Counted from the first letter of the stretch, positions 39,739 to 50,683 are shown. The stretch: DNA of 64,000 nucleotides from Candidatus Binatia bacterium (GCA_038245295.1 JBBRSP010000006.1:1-64000); one strand, 5' to 3'. The notes: generated by a model from the sequence alone, not told the origin. Program-made: numbers and translations.

Positions 39739-41817
39739 TTAAGCGAGCCGCGGCGCCGGTTTCACCTGGATCAGGTAGTTGCCCGAGGCATCGAGGCTGG
39801 CTGCCTCCCCGCGATGCAAGACAATCGTGGTGAACGGCTCCTCGATGATCGCCGGCCCGAGAACTCGCTGCCCGCTCTGCATGCCCGGCCCATCGTAGAC
39901 GGGGGCATCGATGTACTTGCCATTGAAGAAGGCGCGGCGTTTCATCTTGAGCGGCGGGCGTCCGCCGGAGCTGCGGCGCACCGTCGGCAGTGTGGGTTTA
40001 GTGGTATGCCCCACCGCGGTGACGCGCAGCCCCCGCAGGATCGGCTCCTCGCCACGCGATGCGTAGGTGTGCAACTCCTCGTGCATTTGATGAAAACGCT
40101 CGACCGTCTCGGCCAGCTTCTTGGCAGTGATGCGCGAGTCGCGTCCCGGCAACGGCACAGCCATGTCGAAGGTCTGCCCCGGGTAACACAGGCTGGCGTA
40201 GCGGCGCAGATCAACCTTCATGCGGCCGCCGTGCCCGGCGGCGAAGACGGCACGCACCGCGTTCTCCATCTCCTGCAACAGGGCCGACATACGATCCACA
40301 TCGGCGCGTCCGACCGGTGTAATGTACGCACGCATCTCATCGACGAGGTGGTCGGAGAGCAGCAGGCCGAGCGCCGAGAAGGCCGGCGAGGTTTTCGGCA
40401 CGAGAACCGTTTTGATCCCAAGCTCCGCCGCCTGTGCCGTCGCGTGCACCGGGCCGTTGCCGCCGTAGACAACCATCGTCAGGCGGCGCGGATCGACGCC
40501 GCGCTGCGCCGAAATGCGGCGGATCGCGTTGGCCATGTTGGCATTGACCAGCCGATAGATCCCGTAGGCGGCGGCCGTCGGATCGAGGTCGAGAGGCCCG
40601 GCAATCTGCGCCTTCAGGGCTTCGGCGACGCCCGCCGACTGCAGTCGCATAGTGCCGCCGCAGAAATCACCGGCGTTCAGGTAGCCGAGAAGCAGGTTGG
40701 CGTCAGTGACCGTGATCTCTGTGCCACCCCGGTGGTAACAGATTGGGCCGGGTTGGGCACCGGCACTGCGTGGGCCAACCTGGAGCGCTCCCGAGACCAC
40801 TGAGGCAATCGAGCCACCACCGGCACCGATGGATTGCACGTCCACCATGGGCAACCCGACGAGGTAGCGGTGATGCCAGTTCCAGCCGGACTTCACCTCA
40901 GGTGAGCCGCCGCGGATCAGGGCCACGTCGCAGCTCGTGCCCCCCATGTCGGCACAGACGAAGTCGGAAGTCTTCGCCGCCCCGGCAACGGCGCACGCGG
41001 CAACCACACCGCCGGTTGGGCCGGAGCTGAGCACGGTGATCGGCCGATGTCGGATGTACTCCGGCGTCATGATACCGCCGTTCGACTGCATGACCAGCAG
41101 CGGGTGTTCGTACCCAGCAATACGCAACCGATCGACCAGGCTATCGAGGTAACGACGAATGATCGGCGCGACGTAGGCGTTGACCAGAGTCGTGCTCGTA
41201 CGTTCGAACTCCGGCGCCGACGGCATCACCTCATGTGAAAGCGACACCACCAGATTCGGAGCCACCTCGGCGGCAATGTCGCGCACCCGCAACTCATGCA
41301 CAGGGTTGACGAACGAGAATAGAAACACGACCGCAACCGACTCGACCCGAAGCTTCTGCAATCTCTGCAGGGCCCGCCGCACGGCGTCCTCGTCCAGCGG
41401 CACTAGGACCTTGCCTTCGAAATCGAGGCGTTCAGGAACGCCGATGCGTTGGCGGCGTGGGGCAATGGGTGGCGGCGGCGCCAGCGCTGGATCCCAGATG
41501 TCTTCCTTGAACCCCCGACGCAGCTCGATCTCGTCGCGGTGTCCTGCCGACGTAATCAGTCCGGTGATGGCACCCCTCATCTCGATGAGAGTGTTGTCTG
41601 CCGTCGTCGTCCCGTGAACGATCGATGCGGTACGGCGCATCAAGTCACTCAGGCTCATGTTCTCGAGGCGAGCCAAATCGCTCAGCCCGGTCAACACGCC
41701 CACCGACTGGTCGGCCGGTGTCGTCGGACTCTTGAACAAACGCAGGGCGCCATCGGAACGCGCCAGAACGAAATCGGTGAATGTACCGCCGACATCGATG
41801 CCAATGCGATACTTCAT
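39739..41817 (-). CDS. Hydantoinase/oxoprolinase A family (ATP-binding subunit)
   Basis: IGIDVGGTFTD, HGTT, SGP.GG, DMGGTS, IGAGGGS, SAGA.PGP. Confidence 0.94.
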   Translation of the reverse strand: MKYRIGIDVGGTFTDFVLARSDGALRLFKSPTTPADQSVGVLTGLSDLARLENMSLSDLMRRTASIVHGTTTADNTLIEMRGAITGLITSAGHRDEIELRRGFKEDIWDPALAPPPPIAPRRQRIGVPERLDFEGKVLVPLDEDAVRRALQRLQKLRVESVAVVFLFSFVNPVHELRVRDIAAEVAPNLVVSLSHEVMPSAPEFERTSTTLVNAYVAPIIRRYLDSLVDRLRIAGYEHPLLVMQSNGGIMTPEYIRHRPITVLSSGPTGGVVAACAVAGAAKTSDFVCADMGGTSCDVALIRGGSPEVKSGWNWHHRYLVGLPMVDVQSIGAGGGSIASVVSGALQVGPRSAGAQPGPICYHRGGTEITVTDANLLLGYLNAGDFCGGTMRLQSAGVAEALKAQIAGPLDLDPTAAAYGIYRLVNANMANAIRRISAQRGVDPRRLTMVVYGGNGPVHATAQAAELGIKTVLVPKTSPAFSALGLLLSDHLVDEMRAYITPVGRADVDRMSALLQEMENAVRAVFAAGHGGRMKVDLRRYASLCYPGQTFDMAVPLPGRDSRITAKKLAETVERFHQMHEELHTYASRGEEPILRGLRVTAVGHTTKPTLPTVRRSSGGRPPLKMKRRAFFNGKYIDAPVYDGPGMQSGQRVLGPAIIEEPFTTIVLHRGEAASLDASGNYLIQVKPAPRLA

Positions 41818-43661
41818 GCCGACGCATCCGCAGCGGCTCGCCGCGACCGGCGCAGGGCATCCGTGGCCTGCGTATCGATAGCCAGATCGAGATCTTCGAG
41901 CGAACCGGTCAGCACGACAGCGTAGTCGCGTTCGGCCGCCTCGCGGGAAACGTACTCATCGAGCACGTCGTCGAGAACCTTCTGCGGCTCGCGATCGAGT
42001 GGATTACCCCAACCACCGCCGCCGCCATAGCGGTACTCGTATCGCTCGCCCGGCAGATGATCGACGTAGAAGGCCGTGGTCTCGACGACATGCTCGTATG
42101 GGCTACCACAACGCAGGCGTAGCTCGTTCGGCATACCGTCTTTGCCGCCGGCGATTCCGGGCATCGGATATTTCATACCGACGACGTACGTGTAGATTTG
42201 CGACGGCGCGGCGAGCTCCTTCACGTAAAGACTGCCCGGGCAGCCGCGCCATTGGCCGGCGCCGCCGGTATCGGTGGCGTAGTCACGTGAGAGGTGACGC
42301 ACCGGGAAGATGCTCTCATTGATCTCGCCGGTGGCACGAATGAGGTTGCCGAAGCTGACATTCATCGCGCCCCAGCCGTCCTGGCCGTAGACTGCACCGC
42401 AGTAGGCCGCAAAGGTATCGACCGAGTGATCGATGAACAGCTGCTTGGTTTTCGGGTGGGTCCCGAAGATGACCGTCGGCATGCCCATCTTGTAGATCTG
42501 CGGGCAGCAGCGTTTCGGGATGACTTGCGCCATCGCCTTGGCGATCGCTTCGCCGACCTCGGTTCCCGGATGGTGGGTACCGGCAGCCACCGATTTTTCC
42601 GGCGGCGGATTCAGGCAACAGCCCAGCGGGACGATGAGCTGCATCGAATTGAAGAATCCTTCGTTCTTCGGAATCGACGGGTCCATCATACTGGCGAGTT
42701 GGGCCACGACGTAGCCGCGGGTATTGCCGAACGTAGAATAGGCTTGCAGGTTTTCACGCGTGTCAGAGCCCGTGAAGTCAATGGTCAGATCGTTGCCGCG
42801 CACCGTCACCTTGCAATGGACGTGGATATCCTTGTTCCCCTTTGGATCGTGGTCGACATACACGTCCGACTCATACGTACCGTCCGGCCACGAGGCGACC
42901 TCTTCGCGAAAGCGTCGCCCGGCATAGTCGATCATGTACTTGGCCGCGGCGCGCACGGCAGCAACACCGTGTTGTGCAATCACTTCCTGCAACCGCCGCA
43001 CACCGAGTTGAGCGGCGCCGATCTGCGCTCGCAAATCGCCGGCAAACGTCGGGGTGCGATTGTTCACCTTCATGAAGTAGGTGATGTCCTTGCGCTCGAC
43101 ACCCTTTTCGAAAATCTTCACAGCGGGGAATCGCACACCCTCGGCCCAGATGTCGCGGGCATCGACGTTGTACCCGCCCGGCATGGCACCGCCGGTATCG
43201 GCGTGGTGGCACTGGATGGACGCGATGAGCACCATCTCGCCCTTGTAAAAGACCGGGGCAAAGATGTTGTAGTCCGGCAGGTGGCCGCCACCGTGGTACG
43301 GATCGTTGGAAACCAGCACATCGCCTTCAAACAGTCCGTCCTTACCGAAGAATTCCAGGGCGAAGCGCACCGGCAACGTCGAGCTGAGCATGAACTGTGG
43401 GATGCCGACGCTGAGCGCCGCGAGGCATCCGCTGGCATCGAGGATGGTGGCGTTGCGTTCGTTCGATTGGTTCAGAATCGGCGTTGTCGCGGTCAAGCTG
43501 ACGTGGGTCGCCATCTCATAGGCAATCGTTTCCATAGCGCCGCGGATGATGGCGGCACCAACGGCATCGATCGGTGCGGCTTTCGTCCGCGTCACGGTCG
43601 GACGGCGGCGGGCTTCCTTTGTGGCACGACGCGGACTCTTGCGGATCACTCGCTTCGCCAT
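41814..43661 (-). CDS. Hydantoinase B/oxoprolinase family (metal-binding subunit)
   Basis: NDPYHGGGHLPD, HHADTGG..PG, DFTGSD, GGGGWGNPL; GAGGAGG RBS before MAKRV. Confidence 0.94.
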   Translation of the reverse strand: MAKRVIRKSPRRATKEARRRPTVTRTKAAPIDAVGAAIIRGAMETIAYEMATHVSLTATTPILNQSNERNATILDASGCLAALSVGIPQFMLSSTLPVRFALEFFGKDGLFEGDVLVSNDPYHGGGHLPDYNIFAPVFYKGEMVLIASIQCHHADTGGAMPGGYNVDARDIWAEGVRFPAVKIFEKGVERKDITYFMKVNNRTPTFAGDLRAQIGAAQLGVRRLQEVIAQHGVAAVRAAAKYMIDYAGRRFREEVASWPDGTYESDVYVDHDPKGNKDIHVHCKVTVRGNDLTIDFTGSDTRENLQAYSTFGNTRGYVVAQLASMMDPSIPKNEGFFNSMQLIVPLGCCLNPPPEKSVAAGTHHPGTEVGEAIAKAMAQVIPKRCCPQIYKMGMPTVIFGTHPKTKQLFIDHSVDTFAAYCGAVYGQDGWGAMNVSFGNLIRATGEINESIFPVRHLSRDYATDTGGAGQWRGCPGSLYVKELAAPSQIYTYVVGMKYPMPGIAGGKDGMPNELRLRCGSPYEHVVETTAFYVDHLPGERYEYRYGGGGGWGNPLDREPQKVLDDVLDEYVSREAAERDYAVVLTGSLEDLDLAIDTQATDALRRSRRAAADASA

Positions 43662-43689
43662 GTGTCCTCCTCGACCTTTGCTGTCGGTG

Positions 43690-44100
43690 TCAGCGCCGCG
43701 GTCGAAACTTCGGCAGTGAGATCTCGTCGTTGATACGTCCGAAGACAACCTCGACGGACATGCCGATATGGATCTCGTCGTTCAGGCAATCAACGATGTG
43801 TGTATGCAGGCGTGGCCCTTCGTCGAGTTGGACGATTGTCACGTTGTACGGTGTGTCGGCGTTGAACGCCGGATGTTGCGACTGGTGCACGATGATCCAG
43901 CTGAAGACGACGCCGCGCCCACTCAGTTTGGCCCACTCAAATTTCTCCGACAGGCAGCGTGGGCAGAGGAGCGCCGGCGGGAAGCGCACGTGATTACAGT
44001 CGCCGCAGCGCTGCATGCGCAGCTCGCCTTTTTGGGTTGCCTCCCAATAGGGAGCGGTATCTTCATTCGGTCGCGGCAGCGGCTTTTCAATGGCGAACAT
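43690..44100 (-). CDS. DUF35 Zn-ribbon/OB-fold protein
   Basis: CGDC..CPRC, SGRG.VFSW, LDEGPR, IHIGM.V. Confidence 0.93.
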   Translation of the reverse strand: MFAIEKPLPRPNEDTAPYWEATQKGELRMQRCGDCNHVRFPPALLCPRCLSEKFEWAKLSGRGVVFSWIIVHQSQHPAFNADTPYNVTIVQLDEGPRLHTHIVDCLNDEIHIGMSVEVVFGRINDEISLPKFRPRR

Positions 44101-44117
44101 GCAGGCAACCTCGTTGA

Positions 44118-45275
44118 TCAGGCGCTCAGGATCAGGGCGCTGTAGCTAACGGTCGGCGGCGCTTCGTGTGGCGCCCCGCCGTACCCCGTAACGATACCGA
44201 GCTGCGCGGCCGGCACCTGGCGCGCGGCAGCCTCACCACGCAACTGGCGCACTCCTTCGCGGATATGGCCGAAGCCGGACAGGTGCCCCTCGGAGATCAG
44301 GCCACCAGCCGTATTCGCCGGCAATGAACCCCCATAGGTGAGGTTACCGGCAGCAATGAAATCGCCGACATCCGCCGGCTTGCAGAAGCCATAGGCGATC
44401 AGATCGTGCACGACGCGCGGTGTAAAGGCGTCGTAGATCTGTGCGACGTCGATGTCCTGCGGGGTTACCCCGGCCATCGCGAATGCCAGCTTGCCAGCCT
44501 TGGCACCACCGAAGGTGGGTCGATCATTGCCGTAAGGATGGATCATCTCGGTTGAGTGTGATTGTCCGGCACCGAGGATCCGCACCGGCTTCTTGGCGAG
44601 ATCGCGCGCCCGCTCGACCGACGTGACAATGCAGGCGCCACCGCCGTCGGTGTTCGGGCAACAGTCGAACAGGCGCAAGGGCTCGGCGACCCAGCGGGAG
44701 GCCATGTAACTCTCGAGGGTCATCGGTTTGCGCATCTGAGCGTCCGGATTATTCAGCGCATGGCGCCGCCATGTTGTCGCGATCTGGCCATAGTGCTCGT
44801 CCTTGAGCCCAAACTCGTGTTGCTGCCGGCGCTTGATGTGGGCCATGAGGCAGATGGCGCCGACGTCACCGTACGGCACCTGGAACTCGGAACCGAACAA
44901 CTGCATGGCGACGCCCTGCGGCCAGTTTTGCGTCGCGAAGCAGCACAACACAGCCTTGCAGTAGCCGGCATCGATCGCCGCGATGGCGGTCTGCACCGAA
45001 CCGCACGCCGTTGCGCCACCCAGATCCATGGTCGCCGAAAACGTTGGCTCGATACCGAGATACGCGGCAACACGCGCCGCCCAGCCATGCTGCTCGCCGA
45101 GGATGGCCGGCATCATGACGAGAACACCGTCGATGTCGTCGCGCGACAGGCCGCAGTCTTCGATGGCGCGTTTACTCGCCTCGATGGTGAATCCCATGGT
45201 GCTGACCCCCTGCAGCTTTCCGAAGCGCGAGGTGCCGACACCAACGATTGCGTAGCTTCCAGATAAGCGGCTCAT
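44118..45275 (-). CDS. Thiolase-family protein (SCP2/Ltp-like)
   Basis: AIVGVG, PLRLFDCC..TDGG, IYDAFT, NTAGGLISEGH. Confidence 0.92.
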   Translation of the reverse strand: MSRLSGSYAIVGVGTSRFGKLQGVSTMGFTIEASKRAIEDCGLSRDDIDGVLVMMPAILGEQHGWAARVAAYLGIEPTFSATMDLGGATACGSVQTAIAAIDAGYCKAVLCCFATQNWPQGVAMQLFGSEFQVPYGDVGAICLMAHIKRRQQHEFGLKDEHYGQIATTWRRHALNNPDAQMRKPMTLESYMASRWVAEPLRLFDCCPNTDGGGACIVTSVERARDLAKKPVRILGAGQSHSTEMIHPYGNDRPTFGGAKAGKLAFAMAGVTPQDIDVAQIYDAFTPRVVHDLIAYGFCKPADVGDFIAAGNLTYGGSLPANTAGGLISEGHLSGFGHIREGVRQLRGEAAARQVPAAQLGIVTGYGGAPHEAPPTVSYSALILSA

Positions 45276-45509
45276 GCTCTCCCTATCGACCGCGACGGGC
45301 CGCGCCGATGTCAATCAAGTGCTTGGAGCGTTTGCTCGAACGTCCGACCGAAGTCAAGAAATCCATCACATTGGCGTCACCGGTTCACAGATACGAGGCA
45401 GATGACGCTTGACACCGCCGCCACAAGGGAAAATAAGAGCGGCCGAAACAACTGTTTGATTCGAGCTTTCGGACGCCTGCGGCAAAGGCCGCGGTCGAAA
45501 GGGGGAAGT

Positions 45510-47264
45510 ATGAGGCGGACGGTTACTCCACGTAGCCAGTGGGTTCTTCTGGGCGCGTTGCTTGTTGCGAGCATGACGCGCCAAGCAGGCGCGGTGTATC
45601 TGGACGAAGGGCAGAACATTTCGCTACGGGCGCGCGTCTACAGCCAGGCTAGTATCCGGGTTGAGGATTCGAAGACCGATACGATCCCTACCACCAAGGC
45701 CGGGCAACTCGTGTCGAACCGCAACTTCTACAATCCTGAGCTCGAAGCCAAGTTACTACCGATGCTCGGTACGTGGCTGAGCCCCTACGCGGACGACTTG
45801 AGTTTCCGTGCCGCCGCCTGGGGCTTCTACGACGGCGTGTACGATTACGGGTCAGGACAGTTTCACGATCAAGCGCGACAGGTGAATGCGACGTTTGGCG
45901 ACTTCAGTAACCCCCGCCAGCAGCACCAGGCCTGGTACCTCGAAGGACCGACGATCGATACCAAGGCGAAGACCTTCGATCAGGTTTTCCCTGGGTACGA
46001 AGTCCAGAACCCGCGTGATATTTACGGTCATCGCCAACGTATCAACGAGCTGTATTTGAATTACGCGAAGGGGCCCTTCTTCTTGCGCCTGGGCCGTCAG
46101 GCGATTTCCTGGGGTGAAGCCGACACCATCGCGTTGCTCGATCAAAACAATCCGTTCGACGTGACACTCGGTGCACCGGGAATCTTCCAAGACCTCGACG
46201 AAGCGCGCATTCCGCTCTGGACCGCACGGACGAGCCTCAACCTCTTCGACAACCTGGGGCCACTCTCGAGCGGTTTCGTCGAGGCGTACCTGGTCCCCGG
46301 CGACATCGACACAGAAACCGGTATTCTGCCGATCCTGACCGCAAGCCCGTATACAGTGCGCGGCAATGACCCCAATCAGAACCCCGTATTGGTAGACGCC
46401 TGCAAGAACACCGGTCTCTGCCCACAGTTTGTTCTCTTCGATCACCGTCCACCGAAGAATTTCGAAAAGAGTCGATGGGGTGTGCGCTTCCAAACGGTCG
46501 TGAACGGCGCCTACACCGTTCAAGCGTGGTATTACACCCACTTCCCGAACGCCCCGGTCCCGCTCAAGAATACGCCAACGATCGTCGGTACGGGTGCCAG
46601 ACGGACCAATCTTTTCATCATCTCAACCGAGCATCGGCTCACCCATGTTGCGGGCGCGGCGACCAGCTTCTTCGTCGAGCCACTCGATTCGATTCTGCGC
46701 GCCGAAGTCGAGTACTTTTTCAACGAGCCCGGATTCGTGCCGGAACGCAGCCTATTGATCCCCAGTCAACGGGAACCGAATCTCAACCCCTTGGGTGGAC
46801 CAGGCGACCTGCAGCACGCCGACATCGTGAGATGGGAAACCGGTTTGGACCGCTTCTTCTTCATCCACCCGCTCAATCCGTCGAATAGCTTCCTCGGCGT
46901 CATCGCCTTCGTCGGCATGGTCAACCTCGATGAGACGCCGCAGCGGGACTTCCGCATGAATGGCCAGCAAAAGCCCGGCACGACCGGCCAGAACGCCGAC
47001 GACTTCGTACAGCAGAAGCAGGTGGAGGGTTTCGCGGAGGTTCATACCCAGACGGACTACATGCACGGACGCCTGACGCCGCAGCTCACGGTGATCGCCA
47101 ACATCCGTGGCACCTATGCGGTTCAACCGCAGGTGACCTACCGCTTTTACGATTGGCTGTTGTTCGACTTGAACTGGGCTCACATCGGCGGCGAGTACCA
47201 GTCGTTGGGATTCTTCAAGGACCGCGATCAGATCAGCGCCCGCATGACCCTGCAACTCAACTAG
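45510..47264 (+). CDS. DUF1302 family outer-membrane protein
   Basis: Signal peptide; FYDGVYDYG, NELYL, RLGRQAISWGE.D, C-terminal DRDQI...T.QLN. Confidence 0.82.
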   Translation: MRRTVTPRSQWVLLGALLVASMTRQAGAVYLDEGQNISLRARVYSQASIRVEDSKTDTIPTTKAGQLVSNRNFYNPELEAKLLPMLGTWLSPYADDLSFRAAAWGFYDGVYDYGSGQFHDQARQVNATFGDFSNPRQQHQAWYLEGPTIDTKAKTFDQVFPGYEVQNPRDIYGHRQRINELYLNYAKGPFFLRLGRQAISWGEADTIALLDQNNPFDVTLGAPGIFQDLDEARIPLWTARTSLNLFDNLGPLSSGFVEAYLVPGDIDTETGILPILTASPYTVRGNDPNQNPVLVDACKNTGLCPQFVLFDHRPPKNFEKSRWGVRFQTVVNGAYTVQAWYYTHFPNAPVPLKNTPTIVGTGARRTNLFIISTEHRLTHVAGAATSFFVEPLDSILRAEVEYFFNEPGFVPERSLLIPSQREPNLNPLGGPGDLQHADIVRWETGLDRFFFIHPLNPSNSFLGVIAFVGMVNLDETPQRDFRMNGQQKPGTTGQNADDFVQQKQVEGFAEVHTQTDYMHGRLTPQLTVIANIRGTYAVQPQVTYRFYDWLLFDLNWAHIGGEYQSLGFFKDRDQISARMTLQLN

Positions 47265-47320
47265 CCGCGGTTCGTCGAAGCCGTCGACGAGAATATCCCG
47301 AGCGTAGACAGCCACGCACA

Positions 47321-47346
47321 GAGAGGCGACCAATAGGTCGCCTCTC
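47321..47346. terminator. Stem-loop between convergent genes
   Basis: GAGAGGCGACC-aata-GGTCGCCTCTC perfect 11-bp stem. Confidence 0.65.
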
Positions 47347-47390
47347 GTAGTTTGCGGTTGCCGACGACGATCGCGCCGGTATCAGCACAG

Positions 47391-48383
47391 TCAAGATTCA
47401 CCCGCCAAGCCGGTTTCGCGAGTCAACCCGGCGATATCGGAGTCCACCATCCGCCGCACGAGCGCGGCAAAGTCCAAGGATGGGGCCCATCCGAGCTTGG
47501 CGCGCGCCTTTGACGCGTCGCCGATCAGACGATGGACCTCAGCGAGCCGGTGCAGAGCAGGATCTTCGCGGACGTACGGCTGCCATTCGAGCCCGGCGTG
47601 GGCGAAGGCGATCTCGACAACATCCTGAACGCTGTGATCTTCACCGGTGGCAACGACATAGTCTTCGGGCCTGTCCTGTTGCAGCATGAGCCACATGGCG
47701 CGCACATAGTCGGGCGCATAGCCCCAGTCGCGGCGGGCCGCGAGATTCCCGAGGCGCAGCTCCGTGGCGTGGCCGAGCTTGATGCGCGCAACGGCGTCGC
47801 TGATCTTGCGCGTCACGAACTCTTTCCCGCGGCGTGGCGACTCGTGATTGAACAAGATTCCAGAGCAGGCAAACAACCCATAACTCTCGCGGTAGTTGAC
47901 GGTGATGTAGTGGCCGTACACTTTCGCGACGCCGTAGGGGCTCCGTGGGTAAAAGGGCGTCTGCTCGGATTGTGGCACTTCGCGCACCTGCCCGAACATC
48001 TCGCTCGACGAGGCCTGATAGAAACGAATCGACGAATCGACGACCCGAATTGCCTCGAGGAGGCGGGTTACGCCGACGGCGTTGAACTCGGCGGTCAGCA
48101 TGGGCTGGTCCCAGGAGGTGGGAACGAACGATTGTGCCGCGAGGTTGTAAACCTCATGGGGGCGAACGCGCTTCAAGGCGAGGATGAGCGACTGAGGATC
48201 CAACAGGTCACCTTGGAGTAGTTCGACATCGCGACGCAGGTGCTCGATGCGTTCGAGCTTGTCGGAACTGGTGCGGCGAATCATGCCGGAGACCTCGTAG
48301 CCTTGCTCGAGGAGGAACTCGGCGAGGTACGAGCCATCTTGCCCGGTGATGCCGGTGATCAAAGCGCGGCGCTTCGTGCCCAT
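47391..48383 (-). CDS. gmd: GDP-mannose 4,6-dehydratase
   Basis: [44 protein letters not shown]. Confidence 0.96.
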   Translation of the reverse strand: MGTKRRALITGITGQDGSYLAEFLLEQGYEVSGMIRRTSSDKLERIEHLRRDVELLQGDLLDPQSLILALKRVRPHEVYNLAAQSFVPTSWDQPMLTAEFNAVGVTRLLEAIRVVDSSIRFYQASSSEMFGQVREVPQSEQTPFYPRSPYGVAKVYGHYITVNYRESYGLFACSGILFNHESPRRGKEFVTRKISDAVARIKLGHATELRLGNLAARRDWGYAPDYVRAMWLMLQQDRPEDYVVATGEDHSVQDVVEIAFAHAGLEWQPYVREDPALHRLAEVHRLIGDASKARAKLGWAPSLDFAALVRRMVDSDIAGLTRETGLAGES

Positions 48384-48775
48384 CAGTTTTTGGCGCGGCC
48401 GTAACGATCTTCGAGTCGCACCACGTCATCGAGCTCAGGCGAAGAGGCTTCGATCACGTCGCTGTCCGTCACAGCGATGATGCGGTGTCGTAGTAACGCG
48501 GGAATGCGAAAACTCTTGCCCGGACTAAGCCGAACGGTGCGCCGTGGGCCGTCGTCCGTCGCTGCGATTTCGAGCCGGATATCACCCGAAAGGACACAAA
48601 TCGTTTCATCCTTTTTTCGATGGTACTGCCAACTAAGCGCTTCTCCCGCTTTCACGTGGAGAATTTTGCCGGCGTACCGAGGCGACTCTCCCCAGATCCA
48701 CTCGTGGCCCCAGGGTTTGCGGACCCGGCGCCCACGGAAGGGTTTTGGAAGCGTGTCCTTGAAGGCGCGGCTCAC
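48383..48775 (-). CDS. Cupin (mannose-6-phosphate isomerase-like)
   Basis: [29 protein letters not shown]. Confidence 0.88.
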   Translation of the reverse strand: MSRAFKDTLPKPFRGRRVRKPWGHEWIWGESPRYAGKILHVKAGEALSWQYHRKKDETICVLSGDIRLEIAATDDGPRRTVRLSPGKSFRIPALLRHRIIAVTDSDVIEASSPELDDVVRLEDRYGRAKN

Positions 48776-49701
48776 TTCGGCACTCCGTAGAGCAAGACGA
48801 CGCTCGCGACGACATAGAGAAAGATATCGATCAATAGTGGGCGGTCGGCCAGCAGGAGTTGGGCCGGGCTTCCGCCCTGCTCGCGCTGGTGGACAAGATA
48901 GAGATAACGGAAGATTCCAAACAACACGAAGGGAATGGTCAGATACAAATTGTCGGTCCCCAACTTTTCGCGCACCTCGGGCGAGGCGGTATAGCTGGCG
49001 TATGCCACCACGGTTGATGCGGTAACGACCGATATCATCTGATCGAGAAAGTACGGGCTGTACTCGCGCAGGCTGGCGCGGTGGTCCGTGGCCTTACCTT
49101 CGAGCAGGATAAGCTCGTGGCGACGCTTCGAGAAACCGAGGAAGAGCATGAGAAGGAAGGTGCAGATCATCAACCAGGGAGAGACCGGAACACCAATGAC
49201 GACACCACCGGCGGCGGCGCGAATGACGAAGCCCGAGGCGATCGCCATGACGTCGAGGATGACCACCTCCTTGAGCCAATACGTGTAGGCGAACTGCAGC
49301 GCGACATAGAGGGCGGCCAGGACGGCAAATGCGTGACTGAGCGCCGTCGCCCCAGCCAGCCCGCCCAGCATCAGGAATGCGGAAACAAAGGCCGCCGTTT
49401 GATAGCGTATCCGACCGGCCGGGATCGGGCGTTTTGACTTCATCGGATGCTGGCGGTCGCGATCGCGATCGCGAATGTCGTTCATCACATAGGCGCCGCT
49501 GGCGATGGCGCAGAATACGGCAAAGGCGCCGACCACCGGGAGGACCTGCTGCACATCGAACAGGTGCTTTGAAAACAGCAGGGCGCCGAAGACGAGGGAG
49601 TTCTTGCTCCACTCGACGGGCCGGAGCAAACGCAGCCAATCGGCAAGCGTCGTTGGGCGTATCTGACTCATGGGCAAGGGCTGGGTTTGAGGTCGTTCCA
49701 T
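48772..49701 (-). CDS. UbiA-family decaprenyl-phosphate phosphoribosyltransferase-like protein
   Basis: RP.EW.KN, YVMND..D...D.QHP.K..RP, KRRHE; start may be 49671. Confidence 0.9.
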   Translation of the reverse strand: MERPQTQPLPMSQIRPTTLADWLRLLRPVEWSKNSLVFGALLFSKHLFDVQQVLPVVGAFAVFCAIASGAYVMNDIRDRDRDRQHPMKSKRPIPAGRIRYQTAAFVSAFLMLGGLAGATALSHAFAVLAALYVALQFAYTYWLKEVVILDVMAIASGFVIRAAAGGVVIGVPVSPWLMICTFLLMLFLGFSKRRHELILLEGKATDHRASLREYSPYFLDQMISVVTASTVVAYASYTASPEVREKLGTDNLYLTIPFVLFGIFRYLYLVHQREQGGSPAQLLLADRPLLIDIFLYVVASVVLLYGVPK

Positions 49702-49823
49702 GCGTGTCTGCGCTTCTAGCTGAATTGCGAGTCTCAGCACGTCGTAACGCGGGAATCAAGCAACAGCGATTGACCGCGAGGCAGGGAGGTCGATAGAGTC
49801 GAAACCTTGTAACGGTGAAATGA

Positions 49824-50534
49824 ATGAATCCTTGGGAATGGTTTCAGGTAACGACCCGGATGTACTGGCGCGTCTTTCGCGAGGCGGGCGTCTTGGCATT
49901 GGCGAACTGGCCGGTGCTGGCAACATTGTTCGTCTACTCGGCGGTCATGGCGCTGACGCTGCGCCTGGTGGGTTTTTTCGGCATGGCCGGCGGCTTCCTT
50001 TTCGCTCTCGTTTCGGCAGCTTGCACGGGATCGTTTCTCTACCTCGTGGAGATGATCGTTCGCACCTCCAAGGTATCGATGAACGACTTTCGCAGCAGCT
50101 TTGTGCCGTACCTCAGCGATGTCCTGGGTGTCTCGTTCTTGTCGTGGATTTTCTTCATGGTCGTGGCACCGGCCCTGCTGACAATGCCGGATGGCGTCAT
50201 CCTGTTGCTGTTCGTTCAATTCGTGTTGTTCGTCCTGTTCAATGCCGTCCCGGAGCTCATCTACCTCGGACACTTCTCTTCGATCGGGCTTCTGCGCGAA
50301 AGCTACGTCTTCATTAGCGTGAATTGGATCGAGTGGTTTCCAGCCAATCTCCTGGCGCTCGGGCTGCTCTATGCCATTTGGGCACTACCGATGCCGGGAG
50401 TGTTGGAATACCTGCAGGTCGCGCTGGTCAATCTGGCCATTTACTTCGTGGCGGTCATGCGCGGTATCTTGTTCATTGAACTCTACAACTCGAACTCACG
50501 CGGCCGCGCTTTCAAGTATCGCAGCGGGGCTTAG
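49824..50534 (+). CDS. Hypothetical integral membrane protein
   Basis: 236 aa, about 6 hydrophobic segments, FNAVPELIY. Confidence 0.8.
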   Translation: MNPWEWFQVTTRMYWRVFREAGVLALANWPVLATLFVYSAVMALTLRLVGFFGMAGGFLFALVSAACTGSFLYLVEMIVRTSKVSMNDFRSSFVPYLSDVLGVSFLSWIFFMVVAPALLTMPDGVILLLFVQFVLFVLFNAVPELIYLGHFSSIGLLRESYVFISVNWIEWFPANLLALGLLYAIWALPMPGVLEYLQVALVNLAIYFVAVMRGILFIELYNSNSRGRAFKYRSGA

Positions 50535-50683
50535 AGGTTGACCGTCTGGCAATTTGGCCGGTTGCGCATCTTGCTCATCGGTCGGGGGAGGTGGTCCCCC
50601 ACGGGGTTACCGCAGGGGACCAGGGTTGAGGAGGGGACTCCTGCAGGCAGACTTGAGCGCCCGCAGTAGGACGGGCGGAATAC

